DNA of 64,000 nt from Vicugna vicugna. Taxonomy: Eukaryota. The stretch lies in NCBI GenBank assembly GCA_013265495.1, contig MU058016.1, positions 124,001 to 188,000 on the forward strand, in the 5' to 3' direction. Positions 54,626 through 64,000 of this stretch are shown here, in pieces. The notes beneath the pieces are model-generated. The model ran no database searches. It saw nothing but the letters and a program-made list of their open reading frames with translations, and was not told where the DNA came from. Within the stretch, counting starts at the first letter, position 1. Every line of letters begins with the position of its first letter. The position numbers and the translations under genes are program-made.

Positions 54626-55139
54626 TCCCTCAGCACCCACAACCACCTGCCCTCAGTCACTGGTGTGTCAGTCTTACTTGGCACAGTATAAAATGACAAT
54701 TAGAGTGGTGTATTGAGCATTTTAGACTGCTTGCAAACCATAAAATAGTCTATCTTCACGCTTTAAGGGCTTAGTTTAACACTCAAAGACATACCATTGA
54801 AGCCAAAAATCATGAGTGCTGTTTATCTATGGGACCAAAATTGTCATTCAGCGCCCTGAACATCCTGCGTGTTCTGGGAGGAAGGCAAACCCAGCACCAT
54901 AATTTGAAAAATAACTCTGCCAAGAATATCATTTCTGTATATGAGGGTCAAGTTGTATCAGCAAAATAGGCAAATTCCAATTTTAAAACTCAGGAAAACA
55001 TGTCAGAGCTGAAGCAATCCACATCGTTTTGAAACAAGCCAAAGCTGAACAAAATACTCTCTCAAAGCCGAAGTTCAATTATTTTGATTTCTCTGAAGCC
55101 CTTATCCAGCTCGCCTGCCATTGCCGCATTCTTTGCGGT

Positions 55140-55153
55140 GCTCCCCCTAGTGG
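55140..55153 (-). promoter_or_regulatory. Candidate CTCF site upstream of FAM81B
   Basis: Minus strand CCACTAGGGGGAGC (13/14 to consensus), inside a small CpG-retaining patch. Confidence 0.6.
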
Positions 55154-55623
55154 CCTAGGCGAGTTAGCTTCCTTAACCGGCGTACTTAAGATTCAGGAGT
55201 GTGGCAGCATCTCATTTTCTAATTTGATGGAAACGGGTCTCTTATCAAACTGTGAAGGTGAAACCAGGGGAAGGGTGTGAAATATCAATTTAAAAATAAC
55301 CATTTCGCACCCACTGAGACTAAGAGTTAGGACCTTGTGATTTTTTCAACAATGAGCATTAAGGAAAACACTCAAATCTCCTAGATCCAGGGACTCAGAG
55401 ACTTAAAAGTGTGAGGGCCAACCCCACTGACATCACAGGTCCTTCCTGCAGTCACAATGCTGCTGGGCCACCACAGAAAGATGCCCCAGAAACATGAAAA
55501 CCAGGATGCGATCAAGTTTCCTTGGTACTTTGGCTTTCTGAGAGAGAAAAAAAATTGTTTACACTTCTGTTCCCTTTCCAAAAGATCAGATCAACAAAAA
55601 ATAAACTCAGGAAATCAAGCGTC

Positions 55624-55633
55624 ATGAGTTCAG
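55624..55633 (+). CDS. FAM81B: FAM81B first coding exon (coding part, M-S-S-[D])
   Basis: gtcATG AGT TCA G|gtattt. The in-frame upstream sequence translates KIRSTKNKLRKSSVMSS, resembling human FAM81B ...IKSTKNKAGKASIMSS as I recall it. The phase-1 donor fits the next exon. Confidence 0.8.
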
Positions 55634-56057
55634 GTATTTATCTTATGGATTATTCAAGGTCTCTAAATTTCTCCTACTTTGCTAGCTTATATTTCTCATT
55701 ACATAAAAATAAGGTAATAAATCCCAAAGAAGATCCTCAGATGGCTTGGGCACAATAGGGTGTGAAATCACTTCCTTGGTCTAAATGAGGGCATCTCGAC
55801 AAAGCTTCCTGACTGTCTCATGGAAGCACCTGAGGTGATAAGCTATTCTAGCTGACTGAGGTGAGATGGGGACCTGCTAGAGGTCTGGGGTAGAGAAGGA
55901 GGGAAAGGAAGAAGTGCAAAACAAATTGGAAGTCTCCCTTTAAACTTTGCTATATGCACAGAAACTGCCCTCAATTCAAAAAAATTTAAAAATTACCACC
56001 ACTGCAAAAATTCACTTGCTGTGGTTCCTGATCTGATTCTGCATTCTGGTTGCCTAG

Positions 56058-56155
56058 ATACAGATGTCAACAAAAGTGCCTCCCTGACTGCAGAGGAACA
56101 GCCGGATGAACCTGATGGCCCCCTTCCTGGCTCAGCCAGTGACCAAGAGAAGAAA
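56058..56155 (+). CDS. FAM81B: FAM81B coding exon 2
   Basis: cctag| acceptor. Translates (D)TDVNKSASLTAEEQPDEPDGPLPGSASDQEKK, matching recalled human DTNVNKSASPTATAEEQPVEPDGPLPGSDNNQEKK. 98 bp, ending at AAA|gcaagt. Confidence 0.92.
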
Positions 56156-56609
56156 GCAAGTACTTTTCGATATTCATGTTAAAAATAGAATATTTTGCTC
56201 AGCTTCTTTAAAGCTTAATGTTGCTTAGAGAGATCTAAGGAGTCCTGGAAGAGTTGCTTTCTTTTCATTCTCCCTCATTTCCTGTTTGTTCTGCTTTGAC
56301 AAAGTGACTAATGCTGGCACAGGCCGCAAAGAAAAAGGATCTCAATTTGTGAATACATTCACTGGACTGACTTTTAATATGTGGGGCTAAAAATTAACAA
56401 AAATTTGATGACTATTTTTGTGAAGATTCAAAAGGCACTATAATAAACTCAAAGTGTAGATGTTATCTTTAACATGGAAAGACAATAGCTAAATACAAGT
56501 TTTTATTGGTATGTACCTGTCATATATGCCCCATTAATTCAAAGAAGCAGTGTTTTTAGGCTTTGTAAGTCTCAAACACCTGACCAGCGGATACAGCCTC
56601 TTGTGACCA

Positions 56610-57050
56610 GAAGAGCACTGGAAAGCTAACATAAAGTCAAACACTGATCTTTGCTATCTATTGGCTGTACCACGTATTTGGCTGCAAGACTTTGGGCAAT
56701 TACTTAACCTCTCTGTTTCCTGTTCCGTGAAATGTGTTAATTAGACCTATCATACCAAGATGTGGAGTTTGAATGAGCCACTAAGGTAAAGGACTTAGGA
56801 AGAAAAGACTCAGTCTGATTACTGTCATCATATTATCAACATCTGTATGATTGTGAGCAAGCTCCTTGCTTCTCAAATCCTCAGATTCCTCACCTATAAA
56901 AATAATCACCTTGAAGCCTTCCTTTAATAAAGAAGAATTTCGGTTACTTAAGGTAACTGTTGTTACCCATAAGGTAGAGGTAATGATTCCCACCCTACAG
57001 GGCTGTTTCAGGAATGAAATCCCATCATGCATGTGAAAGTATTTTAAAGT
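56610..57050 (+). mobile_element. Adjacent MIR fragments in FAM81B intron 2
   Basis: gactttgggcaattacttaacctctctgtttcc; tcctcacctataaaaataat...cctacagggctgtt. Confidence 0.75.
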
Positions 57051-59048
57051 CCATTAAGCCACAAAGCATTATGATGAAACAGATGAAAACTAACACATGT
57101 AAAAAGTTCCAAAATAATCACAAAGTTGTCTGTGAGACAATTTTGATATAATTACATTTAGTCTGTAGGAATAGGGATGAAACAGCTGACTCCTATATTC
57201 AATTATCAAAAATATAAAAATTTAGTCCTAGGTACTTAAAAAATTGCCCAGAGAAAAGAGGAAATAAATATGCCACAATGTTAACAGCTTTGCTCTAGAT
57301 AGTAGAATTATAAGTGAGAATTTTTTCTTTATCTTTCACTTCTCTATGTTTTTCCAAATGTCCCTCCATTGTCAGGTTTAACATTTGTTAATTTAAAAGT
57401 ATGTGAGTTGTATGTGTGTTTTTAAGAGTATACTACTTACAGTCTTGCAAACAAAACTTAAAACTGAACAAAGTAAAAACAAAGCAGATATATATCCAAC
57501 TGTTTCCCTCCAGCAGGAGAAGGGAAGACAATGACCCAGTAATTTAGTGTCCTTGGACAAGATATTCATCACAAGCTTTCATTCCACAAGTACTCACAAA
57601 GGACTACTAGGTGCCAATGTACAAGACCAGGGACCAGCCAGTTGCTAAGGCAATTCCACAATCTCCCACAGGCCGGGGTATAGCAGTGGAGAGGTGAGAA
57701 AGAAAGATCTGGCCGCAAGTAGGTGAGGAGCCCAGGGCACAGTACTGTTCCAGTTGGAATCTGGAGTGAAAACACGAACCAGGGCAAAGACCAACTATGT
57801 TCTCTAGGGAATTAGGATGGTTTCCATATCATGGACATCTGGGCGCCCAGTGGATTTGTATATCCATTCCCTAGGGGAACACCTGGCTTCGGAGCATCAG
57901 ACCCATTGCAAAACCCCACTTAGCAATGGTGAGAGAGGGTCTAAAGAAGAATCATGGCAACTCGCTCCATTCTCGAGCTTTTTCTGGTTGCCCACCACCA
58001 AGTGAGCTGGGTCATAAAGCCTGACTACTGTAGCTTCCTTCAAAATAAACGTACCTGATTTTTTTTTTGTTTGTTTTATTGGAGAAGAGAGATTTCTAAT
58101 TAAGTTTCTTAGCCCTAAATTAAGAAGTAAAATGTGGTAGTTCCTAAGATGTTTGCAAAGGGAATGACTTTTGTAGTGTGTCTTAACATACTCTACCCAC
58201 CATTATAGTCTAAAATAATATAAACTAAGAAAAAATACCCTAGGAACATATTTTGTTTAAGTTTTTAACTGAGGTGGAATACAATTCATACTCTTCCTAC
58301 TGAATCCAATTCAATGATGGGCTATTAAAACTAGGATAAATCTGTGTCCTGCTTCTTTAAACTTAAAAAAAAATTAGAGCTTAAAACATTTTCAGCATAA
58401 GCAAAACAGGGAATACATTTGGTATCCTCTTTCCTCCTAGAAATGCTGCAAAAGTATGAATTTTCATGCAAATAGAACTTTCTGGTAGTGCCATTTTCTT
58501 GAATTAGTTAAGTGTTCATATGGCCAGCTATGTTTACTACTAGAAGTTATGTACATGTGTTCTGTACTTTTATTTCTCATTGACTCTAATAATCTGACAT
58601 CCAAGTTTCTTAGAAAACAAAATTACTTGAAGAGACTAGTTTTCTAGGTTCTGGCTTTGTTTTAGAAAATTAGCAGATCCCCCTCAGAATTCACCATGTC
58701 AATACTGTCACTGTTTGAGGACATCTTTAGTAACACAGCCAATAATCATTTGATATTTCATTTTTAAATTATCTGAGAATAATTTATGGCTTTGGCTTTT
58801 CCAGAAAGTTTTTGTTTAACTGTGATATCAAATCTATGAAATGAAACTCTCTAGAATCTTCCCAGAACTTGACTTTGGTTTTAGTCTCTAGCAGTACACA
58901 TGAGGCATGTGCAAGATTAACTGGGTTGATGATCTGTAATCTATAGCATATATTTTGTTTTAAATTAAAACATTTGTATAAGAATAAGGTGGATAAGATT
59001 TCTCTGTAAAGTAGCTGATACATTTTAAACCTGTGATCTTTATTTTAG

Positions 59049-59113
59049 GTAACATTATCTCCAGCCAAAATGTCAACCAAGAATTCTACAGATCTAGTTG
59101 AATATGTTGACAA
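59049..59113 (+). CDS. FAM81B: FAM81B coding exon 3; the gene continues beyond the window
   Basis: tattttag| acceptor and AA|gtaagt donor. Translates VTLSPAKMSTKNSTDLVEYVD(K), matching recalled human VRLSPAKMSTKNSTDLVEYVDK. Confidence 0.95.
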
Positions 59114-61016
59114 GTAAGTCTGTAAATTATAACAGCTTTAACTATTTAGCGTACTCGTTGATTTAGTTAGAGATTCAAGTGCCTGAATGAGATAACTTTG
59201 AGTTCATTTAAACTAATTCTCTGCTTTCAGATGGACTTCACTAAACCATCTCAGCAAGACAAACCTCTCTTTTTCCTTTCTGATTGACAGAACAAGCCAA
59301 TTTTACTCTTCCTCTTTAAAATAACCTTTGAAGGTTCCTATAGATTTATGAATAAAGTAACACAGTGTAGGCAATGAATGACATATGACAAGATCAGCTA
59401 TAGTTAACTGTGACTTTCAAAATAAATCAAATAAATATGTTAACATTTCATGCTAAAAACTCAGGAATTTTGAAATGTAGGACATTTTGTCTCTGCTGTT
59501 TACAGTGCCACACCTGGAGCTCATCCAGGGAAAGGCTACAGAAGAGGGACAACTCTGGGGACTTGGAAATATAACATACAATTGGTACATGGGCATCATC
59601 CAAAAGGTCCCAGAATTCCTCTTTGTAAAGGCGAGATCACAGGGCAATGCATATTAGTTTGAGTTTCTATTTGAGTATGTCAAAGAAGGGTTTGGTCTGA
59701 TGTGTCCATTAATGTTTTCAGGGCACCTGGAATTTAGTCTCAGGCCTTCTACTAAGTTTCTGTGTGACCTCAGTCAGTCCCATATGTCTCTGGGCTTTGT
59801 TCTCTCATTTGCCAAAGGAGGAGGTTGAACTAGAAACTAAGACCCATCATACCTTTAAAATAATTGATTCTAACATGTACATCACGACCATAGAAAAAAA
59901 AATAACCGAACAAAAGAAATGAATCAACATGAAGAGAAAAATCTAAATACTGGATTTTCTTTTTTTTTAAATTACCTTTAACAATGAAGATGGGAAAATG
60001 TTAAAAATCACTCATATTACATTATGTTTACAGTTCCTTAGCCAACTGAATTTAATGCATTCCAAACAGTTCAACCACAGTATATTAGCCCCTCTTTTCA
60101 TGCTACCCATAATTTTTATCTGCTTATGTGACAATGAGACTATAACTTAGAGAAAATGGAACCAAACAAGAGGAAACTTTTTTTAATGTTTAAAAATATG
60201 ACATTTGGATAGATGTCATTTTCCCTTAGTTAAGGACAGTGAATGTGGTATGCACAAAAAATAATTATCATAAATGGATATATTAGCTTATCTTGCCATC
60301 CAAGGAGAACATGGAGATCTGTTCCCACCTGACTCTTCACATAACTAATGGAAAATAGAAATCATTCTTCTAATATGTTAGATTTCGATAGGAACCCAAG
60401 TGGATTTCTTTAGCCCAGGCTAATGATTTACATCAGAGGAGATAAGAAAAAATTCCTAGATAATGACAACAAATTATAAAAAAAATCCAAAGAAATTCAT
60501 GCCATTTCTTGGGTTCCAAAGAAACTAAAATTAAGATATAGGGAAAGAAGTATGCCATAATTCAAAGCAAAAGTATGATGAAGATTATCTGACCCCAACA
60601 TTCATTTCTACCTTGAACTTCTTCATCCCTTCCCCTGCTATCTAAGTCACATATCCGAACTTTCAATGTACCGCCTGAGATGGCTGACTTTCTTTTGGTT
60701 GCTCCCCTCTAATCTCCCAGAGCAGGCTGCAAACTCCCTAAAGGAAGAACTCTCTGACCTTAATGCTTTTTGATACCCCTACAGTTGCCTGCCATGACGC
60801 ACTGTATGTCTATTCTAAGGAACTGCAGTTGACAGATTTAATGGAGAGTAATGGTGGAACAATTGAATCTTTAGGGCTCCTCCTAAGAGCAGTAGACTTT
60901 TAAGCAGCTAATTAATTGGAAAAGCATAATGGCATTTGGGCATTTCAATCGTCAGTACAGGTATGTTGAACTGACATGCTGAATCCAACAAAGTAAACAT
61001 AAAGACAGTAATTTTT

Positions 61017-61101
61017 TGTAAAATGATTATAAATCAATAAAAATGTTAAAATGTTAAAAATAAATAAATAAATAAAATATATTTGTTGCAAATATAAAAA
61101 A
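61017..61101 (+). mobile_element. Extremely 5'-truncated L1 3' terminus with a perfect 16-bp TSD
   Basis: TSD aaagacagtaattttt at 61001-61016 and 61102-61117; the insert starts tgtaaaatgattataaatcaataaaaatg. Confidence 0.85.
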
Positions 61102-62169
61102 AAAGACAGTAATTTTTAAAATAACTTCATCCTTCAAGTCATAATACTCATTGAATGGCAATAAACATATTGATAGACAACAGGGTTCTCACACAAGTAA
61201 AAGTCAGTATTCTCAGAGGCTCTGCCTTATGAATCATATAGATTTATAAGGCATATGTAATACTAAAACTAATAATAAAAACAACTGAAAAAAGTAAAAA
61301 TCTAGCAACAAAAGAGGTAATGCCTCTCCAGTGAGTGAGGTTTGGCTAGAGAGAAGCACATTAAAATGACAGGCAGACTGAGTGTGTACAGGGCCCTTCT
61401 CAGCCGCAGGCAGTTGGAGCAACACCCACACACTATTAGTACTCGCTAAATGTTAAGTCATATTAATAATCCATGCGGCAGGGGGAGGCGGAATGCTTGC
61501 AATCATTTCTAGGACAATTATGGTGACATTATATTAAAGGCAGTAAATAATTCTGATTTCCGAATGTGTTCATAGATTCACAGTGAGCAGACGTCCACTG
61601 ATTTCCTGACAGTGTATTCAATGCTCATTTAAGCCTAATCAAGCAGAAAAGCACCAAAGCCTTTTTTTCTTATTTTTCTTTTTCTTCTGCTGGTAGGAGC
61701 ATTGCAGGGAGCCCAGGCACCTGGTCTACTCTTGAATCTGCCTGTAATCAGCTATGTGACCTTGAGAAAAATCTCTGCCTCCTCTGTAAAATGAGGTGGG
61801 GTTTTAAGTGATGGATGATGAGCAGCCTGTGTCCCAAGGGCTGTCTCTGTTCAGGATAAGCTCCAGAACTCATTTCCAGAATACAGATTAGAGTCACCAC
61901 TAACTTGCTATGTCTCACAATTTACACTCATAATAAACACTCTTGTATGTAATAAAGTAAATGATTAAGGCTTAAGAACATACATTATTCCCCCACAGGA
62001 TTCAGTTGTGAGTGGAAAACAAATTCTGCCTATAAATCTCTTTTAATTTTGCTTCAATTGACCCTCCCCCTGCCAAAAAAAAGAAGAGTAAGTTTCTCAC
62101 TACTGAATCAAATAATTTCTAAGGTCTCTTCCATCCCTTAGATTCTTTGGTCTTCAAAAACTGGTCATT

Positions 62170-62475
62170 ATCATTTATTCACTTAACAAGTATTTACTGA
62201 CCATCTCCTACACTCCAGGCACTATGCTAGGCCCTTGGAGAGTCTTCAGTGAACAATGACCCTGCCCTCATGGAGTTTTTGTTCCAGCAAGAGGAAGAGA
62301 TACACATTGTTAGACAGTCTGGCCAGGGTAAGCCTCATTGAGAAGTTAGCACCTGAGCAGAAACCAGGAGATGAGAGAGTGGGCCACATGGATGCATCAG
62401 GCAAGAGCAAAGTTGCTAAGGTAGGAACATTGCTGTGGTGCAGCAGAAACAGCACGGGGCAAAGATGGCCGGTAT
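62170..62475 (-). mobile_element. L2 LINE 3' end
   Basis: tttattcacttaacaagtatttactga...ccaggcactatgctagg...ccctgccctcatggag. Confidence 0.85.
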
Positions 62476-63162
62476 AGAAAGGAGGGAGGTATCAACCCGA
62501 ACCACAACGCTATCTGAGCCAAGAAAATGAAGTTGTTTGGTACTGAGGAGTTGTCCAGGCTGGGCTAAAGCCAATATATATCTCAGGAATTCTCTCAGGA
62601 GTGCCTTTTGGGAAGATAGGGGTCTGACTGACAGCCAAAGAATGGTATTGAAGATTTGGATCCATAAAACTATCAGTAAGCCAAATGGGCAAAATAATAA
62701 ATGATTAATGATTGCTACTTTTAAGTAGAATAGGACATTCAGGGTCTGGAAAGTATTTATTTTCAAGTTTTTTTTTTTAGCACCATGGCAGACATTTTAT
62801 TATCCCATGATGCATTGCTTTTGTTACTACGTGATGAAGACAGATATTCACATTACAGACACGAAAAAAGAAGACAAAACACTGCTGGCTGAGCTTTCTG
62901 TGGGCCAGGACATGATAGGTTGGAGATCTTTCGGGTTTTATTTTGCAGTATCATATCTGTCTCTGAGGGCAACTAGCTCCTGGTGAGAAAGCTCAAAATA
63001 GTCTGCATAGCTTAAGGAAAAAAAAAAAAAAAAGAACCTGGGGCACTCTGGGTTGTTAGCAAGTTTTTTATTACCTGGCAGAACCTCTCCTACCCTGCAC
63101 AGTTCTCTGGCCTCACTGACAATATTCATTATAAAGCTTTCACCACTTAATCTATGTTAATC

Positions 63163-63330
63163 AACTCATTTAATCCTCACAATAGCCCTAAGAGGTGGAT
63201 AGTGTCACTATTTCACATGTGAAGACCCTGGGGTTCAGAGGAGTCAAATACTTGCCCAAGGTCACACAATACTATGACCAAGATTCCCACACTGTTTATG
63301 TTACTGCAAATCCTATTTTCTTAACCACTC
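63163..63330 (-). mobile_element. MIR SINE
   Basis: ctcatttaatcctcacaatagcccta...acttgcccaaggtcacac. Confidence 0.88.
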
Positions 63331-63359
63331 ACTATCCACATCCCACATCAGCTATTTTA

Positions 63360-63362
<3 letters not shown>

Positions 63363-63393
<31 letters not shown>
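63363..63393. repeat. (AC)n microsatellite
   Basis: Seen directly. Confidence 0.97.
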
Positions 63394-63397
<4 letters not shown>

Positions 63398-64000
63398 GGG
63401 ACATCTTGGGAATCCTGGGACATGTTCACCTCCAGCCCATTCCTTGCAGCATGGAAGATGTGAATGCAGCCATATCTGATCTTCCTTCATGAGTGTCCCT
63501 CTGTAGGGTGTTGGCAGCCTGGACTCAAAGTATCTTAGCTGCTTAGCTGAGCCTGGCAGACACCGCCATCAGCCCCAGGGCAGTCTTTTATTCTCTCTCT
63601 AGTATCATCTCACTGTCCTCCACCTGTGATGGGCAAGACTCTGGCTTTGGGTGGACACAGCTACAGGAACTGGGCATTACCCACAGCACTCCCATATCAG
63701 TCAGGGCAGGAGCTGCCCACCTGAAGCTCAGTTCCTCCTGCCCCAAGAGGCTCTCTGGATTCTTCCGCACCTGAGAGCTTCTGCTCAAGTGTGACAACTG
63801 TGCTGAGGTCAGGCTGAGGCCAGTCTCAGTTCTCCAGAGCAGAGAGGGAGCCCCTCCAACCTCTGGGCCACAAGGAAGACCCTTAGGATTCCACAGAGAG
63901 ATGTGAGCCAAGCAGAGGAAAGGTAACTGGGGTGAAAAATTACATAATGTTGGGAGCAAGTTTTACATATGTAGAGAAATATATATATATATATATAAAT

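Noticed and set aside
59114..64000. Further FAM81B exons (expected next peptide SHAFLPIIPN..., from memory)
   Set aside because: Not found by eye; the region reads as intron with MIR, L2 and L1 remnants.
1..64000. CRISPR arrays, operons or other prokaryote-type systems
   Set aside because: The sequence is clearly mammalian; there are no regularly spaced repeat-spacer arrays or dense coding regions.

Overview
This is mammalian genomic DNA, very probably camelid (Camelus/Vicugna), judging from three copies of a tRNA-derived SINE that resembles the camelid Vic-1 type and from the L1 3' ends. The first ~55 kb is intergenic and rich in repeats: L1, L2, MIR, MaLR/ERV LTRs and hAT DNA transposons. 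It also holds a processed RPL13A pseudogene inserted into an MLT1D-like LTR. The first three coding exons of FAM81B lie on the + strand at 55624-55633, 56058-56155 and 59049-59113, and the gene continues past the window end. Almost every ORF in the supplied track is spurious or repeat-derived. I found no new multi-gene system. The best leads are: the human-type FAM81B N-terminal extension is broken into a uORF; intron 2 appears to need a GC donor; an RFX X-box-like motif overlaps a splice acceptor; an orphan promoter-like CpG patch sits at ~31.7 kb; CTCF motifs are arranged convergently; and two L1 insertions carry short 3' transductions. Gene and repeat-family names were recognised from memory, not from a database search, and boundaries of old repeats are approximate.
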